Positions 37,196 to 47,431 of a DNA stretch of 64,000 bases are shown one piece after another. The notes beneath the pieces were generated by a model, which was not told the origin of the DNA, ran no database searches, and worked only from the letters and a program-made list of their open reading frames with translations. Positions within the stretch are counted from its first letter, which is position 1; every line of letters starts with the position of its first letter. The stretch is from Dehalococcoidia bacterium (GTDB lineage Bacteria; Chloroflexota; Dehalococcoidia; Lucifugimonadales; QGNO01): positions 289,347 through 353,346 of the forward strand of contig OZ253484.1 of assembly GCA_965261825.1 (NCBI GenBank), written 5' to 3'. Position numbers and translations under genes: made by a program.

Positions 37196-39016
37196 CTAGC
37201 GCGGCATGTTATGTTCAACCCACTCTCGTTCTTCCCGTTCGTTGTCGAAGTAGATGAAGCGGTGGAACATCTTGGTCTCACCCCTCCGTCTCCTTATGTC
37301 TCTTCGTTTAGACTCCGAACCTGGCACATCGGCCTTCGATGTCACCGGATTTATGACGACTCCGTAGTTCCGCAGCGCGCCTTCCAAGGTAACGAAACCA
37401 CCTCTCACGTCCTTCTCTACCAGGGCTATGTCTCTTTCCAACGGGTCACCCCATCCTCCACCGCCGGCGCTATAGATGCGCACCACGTCTCCTGCGTACC
37501 ATCTATTGTCGTCGGAAAACGGTCGTACATCCTTCTCCTGCGGAGTGCCTGGATTCAGAACAACCCTGGACGTACCACCCGCCATACCTCCGGCGACACC
37601 CCAGGCGGGAAAGCGATTGCACTCTACACGCAACCCAAAGGTGCCTTCCGGCGCAAGCAGCCTGACATCCCTGATGATGCCGCACCCTCCCCTATATTTA
37701 CCCGGGCCCCCGGAATCCGGATTTAAGGCATACCTTTCTACGCGTAGGGGGTATTCCATGTCCATGAACTCGGCGGGGTAGTTCTGGTTGTGTACGTTGT
37801 AGATGGCATCTAGACCGTCTGCAAACGGCCTGGCGCCGTGCCCTACCGCTATGCCGTCCGTGCACAATATCCACTCTCCCGTGATGGGGTCTTTCATGCG
37901 CCAGTAGGCAATCACGTAAACGGCGGTGGCCGCCATGACCTGTCCCTGGGAGGCCTGAGCAATGGTTCCCACAATGGCATCTTTCAGTTTACCGAAGGTA
38001 TGCGCACGGCAGCCCAATGCGGCGGGCCATTTTGGATGCAATATGCTGCCGTCCCTGATTACAACGTCGTCTATACAGGCCAGCAGCCCCTCATTCATGA
38101 GCAGCGACGGATCAAAGCTGGAGAGATACAGGCCGTACCATGACTTGAGCACGACCTTAGACATGATGAAGTTGATGGAGCCGGGCACCTGATCATCGCT
38201 GGCGCTGGTGTCGGCCACCACCTTTTCCCCTTGGCGCGTCAGCTTCACCTCAAGCGAATGCCATTGCTCCCCTACCCCATCGGTATCCATGTAATCGCGG
38301 AAGGAGTACTCGCCTTCAGGGACAATCTCGAGCATTTTACGACGCACGAAGCTGCCCGTTTCTTCCTGGAAGTAGCGGAATGCGGCCAGCATGGTTTCCC
38401 TGCCGAAGCGATGGAACATTTCTAGAATACGGCGCTCTGCCAGACTGGCGGCGGACATCAGTGCCTGCGTGTCCCCCTCCAGGAGGTCAGGATAACGGGA
38501 GTTTCTTAGAATGATGCGATAGGCTTCTTCGTTCAGTCTGCCCTGGTCAACGATTTTGATGGGCGGCACCAACGTGCCGTCGTGGAATATCTCGGTATTG
38601 GCGGGGCCAATGCTGCCGGGGCGGCTGCCTCCCAGATCCCAGAAATGAGCCCAGGAGTAGCAGAACGCTACCAGTTCTCCGTCCATGAAGACCGGGGTTA
38701 TGAAAACCATGTCTGGCGTGTGCGATATTGCACCGTCTGAAATATATGGATCGTTGTACCAGTAGAGGTCGCCCGGTTTAATGCTTTCTTGCGGGTAGTA
38801 GTCCCATACACAGTCGATGAGGTCGGAGCCTTGGTCTGTACCGTAGACCGATTTGCCCCGGCTATCGCAGAAGCTGATCAGATAGTCCTTTTTCTCCCGG
38901 ATGAAGGCGGACATGGACGTGCGTTCGATGAGGATCTCGCACTCTTGTCGAGCCGCCTTCAACGAGCCTCTGATAAGCTCGCGAGTTATGGAATCAACGG
39001 TTTTGGAGGTTGTCAT
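37196..39016 (-). CDS. Hydantoinase B/oxoprolinase family protein (HyuB-like)
   Basis: 606 aa. Conserved blocks SMSAFIREKKDY, ISHTPDM and GGGGWGDPLERD are typical of hydantoinase_B. Confidence 0.9.
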   Translation of the reverse strand: MTTSKTVDSITRELIRGSLKAARQECEILIERTSMSAFIREKKDYLISFCDSRGKSVYGTDQGSDLIDCVWDYYPQESIKPGDLYWYNDPYISDGAISHTPDMVFITPVFMDGELVAFCYSWAHFWDLGGSRPGSIGPANTEIFHDGTLVPPIKIVDQGRLNEEAYRIILRNSRYPDLLEGDTQALMSAASLAERRILEMFHRFGRETMLAAFRYFQEETGSFVRRKMLEIVPEGEYSFRDYMDTDGVGEQWHSLEVKLTRQGEKVVADTSASDDQVPGSINFIMSKVVLKSWYGLYLSSFDPSLLMNEGLLACIDDVVIRDGSILHPKWPAALGCRAHTFGKLKDAIVGTIAQASQGQVMAATAVYVIAYWRMKDPITGEWILCTDGIAVGHGARPFADGLDAIYNVHNQNYPAEFMDMEYPLRVERYALNPDSGGPGKYRGGCGIIRDVRLLAPEGTFGLRVECNRFPAWGVAGGMAGGTSRVVLNPGTPQEKDVRPFSDDNRWYAGDVVRIYSAGGGGWGDPLERDIALVEKDVRGGFVTLEGALRNYGVVINPVTSKADVPGSESKRRDIRRRRGETKMFHRFIYFDNEREEREWVEHNMPR

Positions 39017-39022
39017 ACGCTA

Positions 39023-41083
39023 TCAACCCGGTACGGCTTGGAGTATACAGTTACCATATTCATCTATCCTCCCCTGCCAGCCAGGATTTATCACTACGGT
39101 GGAATCCATGCCCTCCAGGATGGACGGGCCTTGTACAACGGAGTCCGGCGAGAGCATCCCCCGTGTGAAGATATCGCAGAGCACAGGCGCTCCTTGCTCC
39201 TGGAAGAAGACCGGCCTCTGCTCCTTGACCGCTTTTTCCGCCGGAACGGGCTTCCCCGTGAGCCGGGGCATTCGGGTACCTCCCAGCGCACCTACCGCAG
39301 ATACCCGGAGGGTAACTACCTCCACCGGCTGGTCCAGTGAGAACCCGAATAGCTGTTTGTGCCTGCGGTGAAATTCGTCCAGCAAGCCTTCAAAGGACTC
39401 TTCGTCAACGGAGCCGCCCTTGAGGTCCGTGGCCACTTCAAATCCCTGGTGGGTGTAGCGCATGTCCGCGGAGCGCAGGAGGGAGCGGCCCTGTTGTGGC
39501 ACACCTTCCTGGTCCAGCCAGTAGAGGGCCTCTTCTTCCAGTTCCTTGTACACCTTCTCCATGGCTTCCAAGTCATAGTCAGGGGGCTTTTGGATGAAGG
39601 TACGGGCATAGTCGTTCTTGAAGTCTGCCACCAGGAGGCCATAGGCGGAAGAAACTCCTGGGTTCCTGGGAACCAGGACGTTGGGGATGCCCAGCAGCTG
39701 CGCCACACCTACTGCGTGCATTGGACCGGCGCCGCCAAACGCTACAAGGGTGAATTCTCTGGGATCGTAGCCCCGCTCCACGCTCACGTTGCGGATGGCG
39801 CCCATCATGGAGTTGTTCACTATCATGGTGATTCCGCTGGCCGCTTCCTCCAGGCTTAGATCCAGCGGTGCGGCTATTTTCTCCTGAAGGGCGTCTCTTG
39901 CCGCGCCGAGATCCAGGGCTACTGCGCCTCCTGCAATACTGGTGTTGATACGACCCAGCACCAGGTTGGCATCGGTCACTGTGGGCTCGGTGCCTCCCTG
40001 GCCATAGCAAACCGGCCCGGGGTTGGCCCCGGCGCTGTGCGGACCCAGCGATAGGTTCCCCGATTGGGTCAGCCAGGCAATGCTGCCCCCGCCTGCTCCA
40101 ATGGTGGCTATATCCACCATTGGCAGGTGCATTGGCCAGTCGCCCAGCCTACCTTCCGTGGTCGATGTGACATTGCAGTCCGATATCAGGGACACGTCTG
40201 TACTGGTGCCCCCCATATCCAGGGAGATAACATCTTTGAAGCCCGTCATCTGTCCAAAGTGCCGTGCCGCCACGACTCCGGCGGCCGGGCCGGAAAGCGC
40301 GGTATACACCGGCTGCCTTACGGCGGTTTCTACCCCTATGACGCCGCCGCTGGACTTCATGATGAGCAATGGAGCATCTATCCCGCTCTCCTTCAATCCG
40401 CCTTCCAGTTTCTTGACGTAGTAGCTGACCTGCGGCATGACGTAAGCGTTTAGAACCGTGGTCATTGTGCGTTCGTATTCTCTGAATACGGGAAGTACCT
40501 CTGAAGAAAGGGACACGTGGGCTTGAGGGTGGAACGCCATGACCAAATCCCTTGCCCGACGTTCGTTGGCGCTATCCGCATAAGAATGGAGGAAGGAAAC
40601 GGCTATGGAATCTATGCCGGCTCCGGCAAAGTGGCGCGCCGATCTCAGCACCGCCTCCTCGTCCAGGGGGACAACGGTCTCACCGGTGAAGTCTATGCGC
40701 TCCGCCACTTCAAATATACGCTCAGGAGGGACCGGGCGCTCCGGTTTGACCCAGACGTGAGTGCTGGCCAGGCGAGGCATACCCTGCCTGGCTATCTCCA
40801 AGACATACTTGAATCCTTCGGAAACAATCAAGCCAACGGTGGTGCCCTTGCCCTCCAGGATAGCATTGGTGGCTATAGTGGTGCCGTGGAAAATACGGCG
40901 CAGGCTGGCGCCATGAATTCCCGATTCTTCCAATACCTTGCGCAGACCTTCCATGAATCCCAGCGAGGGGTCGCTGGGCGTGGAGGGCACCTTCACCAAA
41001 TGGATATCGCCTGTATCCAAATTGGACAGCACAACGTCAGTGAACGTGCCGCCCACGTCTATGGCGAGCGCGTAGTTTGCCAA
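39023..41083 (-). CDS. Hydantoinase A/oxoprolinase family protein (HyuA-like)
   Basis: ALAIDVGGTFTDVV, DMGGTSTDVS and GGGSIAW are the actin-fold ATPase motifs of hydantoinase_A. TTG 41083 with GGAGG 9 nt upstream is preferred over the track start at 41152. Confidence 0.9.
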   Translation of the reverse strand: MANYALAIDVGGTFTDVVLSNLDTGDIHLVKVPSTPSDPSLGFMEGLRKVLEESGIHGASLRRIFHGTTIATNAILEGKGTTVGLIVSEGFKYVLEIARQGMPRLASTHVWVKPERPVPPERIFEVAERIDFTGETVVPLDEEAVLRSARHFAGAGIDSIAVSFLHSYADSANERRARDLVMAFHPQAHVSLSSEVLPVFREYERTMTTVLNAYVMPQVSYYVKKLEGGLKESGIDAPLLIMKSSGGVIGVETAVRQPVYTALSGPAAGVVAARHFGQMTGFKDVISLDMGGTSTDVSLISDCNVTSTTEGRLGDWPMHLPMVDIATIGAGGGSIAWLTQSGNLSLGPHSAGANPGPVCYGQGGTEPTVTDANLVLGRINTSIAGGAVALDLGAARDALQEKIAAPLDLSLEEAASGITMIVNNSMMGAIRNVSVERGYDPREFTLVAFGGAGPMHAVGVAQLLGIPNVLVPRNPGVSSAYGLLVADFKNDYARTFIQKPPDYDLEAMEKVYKELEEEALYWLDQEGVPQQGRSLLRSADMRYTHQGFEVATDLKGGSVDEESFEGLLDEFHRRHKQLFGFSLDQPVEVVTLRVSAVGALGGTRMPRLTGKPVPAEKAVKEQRPVFFQEQGAPVLCDIFTRGMLSPDSVVQGPSILEGMDSTVVINPGWQGRIDEYGNCILQAVPG

Positions 41084-41209
41084 ATAGACACGCCTCCGAA
41101 TCTCGATGCGCCGGTGGTGTTGGAAATTGCCAGGCATTGCCAGGCAATGCACTTTGTACCTGATGGTAACCTATCAGTAAAGTGGTGACGTGATACGCTA
41201 AGTCCACTA

Positions 41210-42058
41210 ATGTGCGAAAATGGAGCTCCAGTGGAGACTAAAAGGAAATACCTTGCTCTGGACATAGGCGGAGCTTCAACCAAGGCTGGTCTTGTCACCA
41301 GTGAAGGTGAGGTTCTAGGCTACTACGCCGTGGACAGCCATCGCGGCGGTACGCGGGAGCAGGTCCTGCAGGACATAGCCAGTGCATTGGCGCCGTTCCG
41401 GGGTGAAGACCTGGCCGGTGTGGGTGTGGGTTTCCCCGCTTACGGCGACTTCAAAAATGGCGTGCTGCTCACCCTAAACACCCCGTTTCCAAGCTTGCAC
41501 CGCTTTCCTTTGGGATTCCTCCTGGAAAATGAGATAGGCGTACCCACCCGCATTACCACGGATGCCAATCTGTTTGCCCTGGGAGTGATGCGATTTGGCG
41601 AGGGGCAAACGTACAAGGACTTTGTCGCTGTGTCGCTTGGCTCAGGAACCGGCGTAGGCGTTGTTCAGAATGGCCGCCTTGTAGAGGGGATGCTCGGCCC
41701 GCATCCGGTGATCGTCGAGTTCTACAACGAATGGAGCGGCACCGAATCGCACGACGGATTAAGTTTCCCCGCCCTGTATGGAGCGGATGGCGAGACGCTT
41801 TACCGGAAAGTTGAAGATGGTGACGAGATAGCGCTCAGGGCCTTTGAGCGTATAGGCCAATATCTAGGGCCGACACTGAACTGGTTGCACGCCGGTCTCA
41901 TGATGGATACGTTCATTCTGGGAGGCGGCGTGAGCAACAGCTACGATTACTTCTATCCCGTGCTGGAATCCGAGCTGGACTCCAATGACGTGAAGGTGTT
42001 CAAGACGGTACTTGAACACGCCCCGCTGCTCGGCGCAGTACCGTTGCTGGAGGAGTAG
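41210..42058 (+). CDS. ROK-family sugar kinase/regulator-like protein
   Basis: 282 aa. LALDIGGASTKAGLV, DANLFALG, GSGTGVGVV. Confidence 0.78.
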   Translation: MCENGAPVETKRKYLALDIGGASTKAGLVTSEGEVLGYYAVDSHRGGTREQVLQDIASALAPFRGEDLAGVGVGFPAYGDFKNGVLLTLNTPFPSLHRFPLGFLLENEIGVPTRITTDANLFALGVMRFGEGQTYKDFVAVSLGSGTGVGVVQNGRLVEGMLGPHPVIVEFYNEWSGTESHDGLSFPALYGADGETLYRKVEDGDEIALRAFERIGQYLGPTLNWLHAGLMMDTFILGGGVSNSYDYFYPVLESELDSNDVKVFKTVLEHAPLLGAVPLLEE

Positions 42059-42241
42059 TGCAACGTTAAGCGCATAAGAGGCGTATCCCTTACCAAGAGT
42101 ACAAGAACCTGAGCGATGTATTGGTAAAGGGCTATGGGGAAGTCAACTACCCTGACACCCGCCCCTTTCTCAGGCTGATTTCCTTGTTGTACAATCCGCA
42201 ACGGACTTCAAGAATCTGATGAAAGCGTAGGTATTAGCCTG

Positions 42242-43063
42242 ATGAAGATAGAGTCATATGCGCAGGGCATGACGTGTTGGACCGACCTGGGGTCCGGCGA
42301 TCAGGAAGCCTCCAAGGCCTTCTACTCCAAGCTGTTTGGCTGGACGTATCAGGATTTTCCAATGGATGAGAGCGGTGAACTCACCTACTCCATGGCCGTC
42401 AAGGACGGTTCATACGTGGCTGGCATCTACACCCAGGCGCCGGACCAGAAGGAGGCAGGCATTCCGCCTCATTGGGACGTACATATCGCCGTGGACAACG
42501 TGGACGAGGTCGCAGGCAGAGTGGAAAGCTGCGGCGGCTCGGCTCTGGTTACTCCGTTTGACGTGTTTGACTTCGGCAGAACGGCCATTGTCAGCGACCC
42601 CAGCGGCGGCGCGGTGTTTCTCTGGCAGGGCAAGAATCACAAGGGGGCCGGTGTCCAGAACGAACATGGCGCCATAGGGTGGTGTGAGCTGTTGTCTACG
42701 GATCCAAAAGCCGCAGTCCAGTTCTATACCAGTCTGCTGGGAGTTCAGTCCGAAACGGCCACTATGTCTGACGGCGACGAATACACGGTATATATGCGGG
42801 ATGGAGTGCCCCTAGCCGGCACCATGGCCTTCCCGGAAGCAATCCGCGGCATGAACATACCCTCCCATTGGAGCGTCTACTTCCATGTGGATGATGTGGA
42901 CGCCAGCTTTGACAAGGTCACTTCTCTGGGCGGCGTGGCGCACCTGGAGCCGATGGATATAGCGGATGTGGGTCGGATAGCCTTTGTGGGGGAGCCGCAA
43001 GGCGTGGGCTTTGGTCTCATTACTCCCGCCGGCGATTGGAGCACCGCCGGAGAAGAGCGTTGA
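42242..43063 (+). CDS. VOC (glyoxalase/bleomycin-resistance fold) protein, two tandem domains
   Basis: 273 aa. The pattern W.DL......A..FY..LFGW is repeated twice (TCWTDLGSGDQEASKAFYSKLFGW and IGWCELLSTDPKAAVQFYTSLLGV). Confidence 0.85.
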   Translation: MKIESYAQGMTCWTDLGSGDQEASKAFYSKLFGWTYQDFPMDESGELTYSMAVKDGSYVAGIYTQAPDQKEAGIPPHWDVHIAVDNVDEVAGRVESCGGSALVTPFDVFDFGRTAIVSDPSGGAVFLWQGKNHKGAGVQNEHGAIGWCELLSTDPKAAVQFYTSLLGVQSETATMSDGDEYTVYMRDGVPLAGTMAFPEAIRGMNIPSHWSVYFHVDDVDASFDKVTSLGGVAHLEPMDIADVGRIAFVGEPQGVGFGLITPAGDWSTAGEER

Positions 43064-43461
43064 GCCTATCCCTGGTTTCTGCGTGGGTTGGCCATGGACT
43101 GGCCTGGGCCGCCGGGCTGTTCTTTGCCTTCGGGCCGGTGTACCATGGCGCTGCTCAAGAAGCTGTTCCCAACGGGTATGTCTGGCCTGGCTCTAGCTCT
43201 AGTTTGGTGGCGGCGAACGGATTGTTTGTTGTCCCGTTGCTTCTTGTGCCGATAACGCTCACTAGTATTCAGTTGTTAGCAATTCATTTAACCAATAAGA
43301 GGCGGATGATGCGCAACGTTCTTGTTTGGAGCCCTCCTGTGGTGCTCTTGGGGTTCTGCTTTGTAGCCATCGCGTCCATTGGCATTTTCTATATGCTATC
43401 TGGAGTTGCGCTTCTTGTGGCAGCCCTCGCCGACATGGGAACCCAGACTGCGGAGGGGTAG
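43036..43461 (+). CDS. Hypothetical integral membrane protein (about 4 TM)
   Basis: 141-aa ORF with four hydrophobic segments. The start is uncertain because it overlaps the VOC gene end by 28 nt. Confidence 0.45.
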   Translation: MEHRRRRALSLSLVSAWVGHGLAWAAGLFFAFGPVYHGAAQEAVPNGYVWPGSSSSLVAANGLFVVPLLLVPITLTSIQLLAIHLTNKRRMMRNVLVWSPPVVLLGFCFVAIASIGIFYMLSGVALLVAALADMGTQTAEG

Positions 43462-43602
43462 GATGCGAGGTGCACGCCTAATGCTGGCTGCCCACCCGCA
43501 TTATCGTTTGACCGCGAACGATGGACGTGGGAAGCAACGCGGTACGGGATTCTGTACTTGACACGGTTCTTGCACTCAGCACCTATCTTTTTCCGAGTTT
43601 GT

Positions 43603-45765
43603 TCATTCCATGGCCTCCGTGTCTGCTCCCTCCCGATGCACCAGCGGCAGACTGATTATCATATTCGTGTACTCTCCCGCCTCCGATTCTACTCGGATAG
43701 AGCCTCCGTGGCTGCGCACAATGTCGTTGCACATTGACAGGCCCAGGCCGGTGCCCTGGTCGGTGGGCTTTGTGGTAAAGAACGGGTTGAATATCTTATC
43801 GACAGCCTCGGGCGGGATACCGGTGCCGTTGTCCCTGATGTGGACCTCCGCCGTCTCCTCTCCCCGCTTCGTCGCCAGCCGCAGGGTGGGTGCATATGGT
43901 TTACCGTCGGACTGCTCGACGGCTAGGCGTTTCTGATGTGTGGCATAGCAGGCATTGCTAACCATGTTGAGGAATAATCGGCCTATGTCCTGGGAAATCA
44001 CCTCCAACTGTCCCATCTCGGGATCCAAGTCCTGCTCTATGGTTAGATTGAAGTCAGGATTAGTGGCGCGAGCGCTGTGGTAAGCCAGCCGGGCGTGCTC
44101 TTCCAACAGAGTGTTGATATTTGTGGCCTGCCGTTCTCCTGAGCCGCGGCCCATCCTGAGCATGTCCTGCACAATACGGTTAGCCCGCTCGCCGTGATGG
44201 GAGATGCGCCCCAGATTATCTGAGATATCCTTGGAGATCTCCTCTACCAGGCTCCGTTGCTCATCCGTTAGGCTTGCCTCGTTTTCCTCCAACACCTCTT
44301 TCAACTCCACAATAAGCTCTATGGACAGCTCTGAGAAGTTCTTCACGAAGTTCAGCGGGTTCCTTATCTCGTGGGCCACTCCCGCCGTTAGCTCACCCAG
44401 AGCGGCCAGCTTTTCCCTCATGACAATCTGGTCCTGGGCTTTCTGCAACTCGCCCAAAACAGACTCCAACTGCTCGTTCTTTCCCTGGAGCTCCTCCGCC
44501 AGCTTCTCTACTAGGTTTAGACGCTGCACCTCCAAGGCGTGGCGTCGGAACACCTCTAGGGCGGCGGCCATCTCTGCGACCTCATCTTGTCCTCCGATAT
44601 CTACCTCCGCTTCCAGGTCTCCGCTGGCCATGCGCCGCATCCAGTCCGACAGCGTCTTGAGGCGCCGCAGCAGCCATCGGCCCACAAAGAGCCACGCTAT
44701 GACGACACCACCGCCGATGCTGATGCCGGTGATGCCCAGAAGAATCGTGCGCCCAGTCAGAATGGCTCGGGAAGAGACGGCGATTGCCTCATCAGCGCTG
44801 AGCTGAGCCGTACTCACCAGATCATTGATGCCGCCCACAAGAACGACGGCTATTTCTCCGTTACTGTCAAGCAACTCCTCCTGGCGCCCCGTGAGCCTCA
44901 GCTCCTGCTCGATTATGTCAAAGCCGCTCCCCTCCCCTGTTCCGATGGCAAAGAGCTCCTCGAATACCGGGGACACATCTCCATATAGCGGCGAGTCCTC
45001 TATTGAGGACAGGTTCCCTGTCATGCGGCTGACTGCAGCCTCGAACCGCTCCCGCAGCGGCTCTACTTGCGAGGCATCGCTCAGCGTGAAGGAGTTGGCC
45101 AGCAGTTCGGTGGCGATGTTGGCGTTGCCCTGCAGTTCCGATAGATTACGGTACCGTGTAAGCTCCAACTCCGATAAGTACTCAGAACGAGGCGCCGGCG
45201 GCTCCCCCAGCGCCCGGTATCCGGTTACTATGAAGAAGAACTGGTCGTCGATGGCGGGCCCTACCACGTCGTCCAGCCGGCTCCGCAGATTGGCCAGCTC
45301 TTCGCCCAACGTCTGTCGCCTATCACGCAATCTGAAGAGCTGCGAGCGTTCCGCCCTGATGGTATTGATGTTCATGGAGAGATTGTCGGCTTGAGAGCGT
45401 ACCCGTTGGAAGCTGGTCTCCTCCATGTACGGGCCCTCAAGTATGGCCAGTTGTTCTTCAAACAAGACGAAGGCCTCAAGGATGCCGTCAGACACCCGGG
45501 CAAACTCGGCGGGAGTGGAGGCGGTGGTCAGCTGCGGAGCCGCTGACACAAGGGTGCTGCTGTACTGGGCCGCGCCAAAGGCCGCCGCCACCTCTGGCAG
45601 AGTTCCTTCGTTGACCCTGTTCTGGGCGTTTCCCACCTGATTGAAGAAGAACCAGCTTACTATGCTGGCGGATACGGTCAGCACCACGGCGCCCCATATG
45701 GCAGCGTAAAGCTGCGTGGAAAGTCGAAAGCGTAGAGCCAGAAGCTGTTGAAACAACCCCGTCAC
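43603..45765 (-). CDS. Sensor histidine kinase with a large extracytoplasmic domain and HAMP
   Basis: 720 aa. Two TM segments flank a roughly 300-aa external region, followed by HAMP (RRLKTLSDWMRRMASGDLEAEVD). H-box GELTAGVAHEIRNPLN. N, G1 and G2 boxes (NMVSNACYAT, DNGTGIP, GTGLGLSM). Confidence 0.9.
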   Translation of the reverse strand: MTGLFQQLLALRFRLSTQLYAAIWGAVVLTVSASIVSWFFFNQVGNAQNRVNEGTLPEVAAAFGAAQYSSTLVSAAPQLTTASTPAEFARVSDGILEAFVLFEEQLAILEGPYMEETSFQRVRSQADNLSMNINTIRAERSQLFRLRDRRQTLGEELANLRSRLDDVVGPAIDDQFFFIVTGYRALGEPPAPRSEYLSELELTRYRNLSELQGNANIATELLANSFTLSDASQVEPLRERFEAAVSRMTGNLSSIEDSPLYGDVSPVFEELFAIGTGEGSGFDIIEQELRLTGRQEELLDSNGEIAVVLVGGINDLVSTAQLSADEAIAVSSRAILTGRTILLGITGISIGGGVVIAWLFVGRWLLRRLKTLSDWMRRMASGDLEAEVDIGGQDEVAEMAAALEVFRRHALEVQRLNLVEKLAEELQGKNEQLESVLGELQKAQDQIVMREKLAALGELTAGVAHEIRNPLNFVKNFSELSIELIVELKEVLEENEASLTDEQRSLVEEISKDISDNLGRISHHGERANRIVQDMLRMGRGSGERQATNINTLLEEHARLAYHSARATNPDFNLTIEQDLDPEMGQLEVISQDIGRLFLNMVSNACYATHQKRLAVEQSDGKPYAPTLRLATKRGEETAEVHIRDNGTGIPPEAVDKIFNPFFTTKPTDQGTGLGLSMCNDIVRSHGGSIRVESEAGEYTNMIISLPLVHREGADTEAME

Positions 45766-47015
45766 GGTATGGTGTTCTCCAGGTTGTCAATGGGGTGGTA
45801 CGCTCCGTCGCGGCCGATGACCGTTAGAAACACCTTGTCCGACCCCTGGTTGTCCGTCTCGCCGTATTCCAGGATAAAGCCGTCCAGGTCAATGGAACCA
45901 GAGCCCCGTATGTTGTCCAGGAAGCACTTACGGTCCACCTCTTGGCCGCAGGACTCTACGCCAGCTATTGCCAGGCGTCCAGCCATGTACCCCTCCAGAG
46001 AGACGAAGCCGGGCTCCGCTGTTGGGTCGTAGGACTGCAGGGCTCTGTGATAAGCCGCGACGATTGGTATGGAGTCGTCCGCTGGAAAGGGCACTACCTG
46101 GGTGACGTATACGCCGGCACCCGTGGTTCCCAGTTCCTGTGCTAGGGCGTTGCTTCCCACAAAGGAGATGTTTACGAACACCGGGTCGAACTCCAACTGA
46201 CGCGCCCATGAGATAAGGGCCGCCACCGGCTTGTAGGCGCCGATGATGATCACCGCTTCAGGGGAGCCGTCCATCAGGTCCAGCAGTCCCGTCTTGACCG
46301 CCGTTGTGTTTCGGGGATACCGGCCCACCGATATGGGTTTCATGCCTCGACGATCCAGGGCGGCCGATGCTCCACGGTAGCCGGCCTGTCCATAGGAGTC
46401 ATCCTGGTACATCACGGCTATTCGCTCGATGCCCAGGTCCTCCGTTAGCCGCGCCACCATCTCTTCCGTTTCCTGGTTGTAAGAGGAGCGCAGGTTGATG
46501 ATGTTGACCCACTCAGGGTCTCTGAGGAAAGCGGCGCCGGTAAAGGGGGCCAAGTAGGGAACCCCCGCCTCCGCCGCCACCGGTGTGGCGGAGCGAGACG
46601 TCGGTGTACCCACCGCACCGATGAGGGCAAACACTTGCTCCTCCTCTATCAGGCGGGTCGTGTTGGCGATGGCCGCTTCTGGTTCGTAGGCGTCGTCGAA
46701 CGATACCAGCTCCAACTGCCTACCGTGGACGCCGCCCGCGTTGTTGACCTCATGGAAAGCTGCCTCTATCCCCAGCCGCATGTTTGTGCCCAGCGCTTGA
46801 GCAGGGCCGCTGAATGCCGCCGACTGGCCGAAGAGAACCCTCTGATTGGAGACCCCGTGCGTCATGTCTGACACTTCTGGGGTTACCACAGGCGTGTTTT
46901 CGCCTGGCACAACTATGGTAGGGGAGCCGTCGTTACAAGCAACTATCAACAGGGCTACGGCGCCTAGCGCCACCAGCGGTAGGGAGAGCCCCATGACACC
47001 TTGGCGAGACATCAT
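45762..47015 (-). CDS. Periplasmic/extracytoplasmic solute-binding protein (LivJ/branched-chain amino acid type, type I PBP fold)
   Basis: 417 aa with a signal/anchor peptide. FGQSAAFSGPAQALG and IGAVGTPTS are typical of Leu/Ile/Val-binding-type PBPs. Its stop overlaps the HK start, and its start overlaps the upstream stop. Confidence 0.85.
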   Translation of the reverse strand: MMSRQGVMGLSLPLVALGAVALLIVACNDGSPTIVVPGENTPVVTPEVSDMTHGVSNQRVLFGQSAAFSGPAQALGTNMRLGIEAAFHEVNNAGGVHGRQLELVSFDDAYEPEAAIANTTRLIEEEQVFALIGAVGTPTSRSATPVAAEAGVPYLAPFTGAAFLRDPEWVNIINLRSSYNQETEEMVARLTEDLGIERIAVMYQDDSYGQAGYRGASAALDRRGMKPISVGRYPRNTTAVKTGLLDLMDGSPEAVIIIGAYKPVAALISWARQLEFDPVFVNISFVGSNALAQELGTTGAGVYVTQVVPFPADDSIPIVAAYHRALQSYDPTAEPGFVSLEGYMAGRLAIAGVESCGQEVDRKCFLDNIRGSGSIDLDGFILEYGETDNQGSDKVFLTVIGRDGAYHPIDNLENTIP

Positions 47016-47431
47016 TCATCCCTGTGCTTGACCAGCGTCAAATGATTTCTGTCTTCCTCCCGACGGTAATACAGCTCGTCCATCAGCGTACGGACCAAGT
47101 GAACTCCAAGGCCCCCTATGGAACGCTCTTCCAGTTCCTTAGTCACGTCGGGAACGGGCCCTTCCGTCAGGGGATTGAAGGGCTTGCCCGCGTCTGAGAT
47201 TTTAATGGTGAGGGCGTCCTTTTTAGAGGTCAGGCAAACTATGATCTCCTGGTCGTCGGATGTTTCCCCGTAATTCATGATATTTATTCCCAACTCTTCC
47301 AGCACAAGGTTCACATGGAAGATTAGGCTGGGAGGCCACTCTTCCTGCTCTCCCAGGGACTCCACTGCTTCGTAGAGACGCTTCAACTCCTCCACTCTAG
47401 GGGCTAGGTTCAGGGATATCTTTGCGCTCAA
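47012..47431 (-). CDS. RsbW/SpoIIAB-like anti-sigma-type serine kinase (HATPase_c_2)
   Basis: 139 aa. LVLEELGINIMNYG, ISDAGKPFNP, GGLGVHLVRTLMDEL. Confidence 0.8.
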   Translation of the reverse strand: MSAKISLNLAPRVEELKRLYEAVESLGEQEEWPPSLIFHVNLVLEELGINIMNYGETSDDQEIIVCLTSKKDALTIKISDAGKPFNPLTEGPVPDVTKELEERSIGGLGVHLVRTLMDELYYRREEDRNHLTLVKHRDE

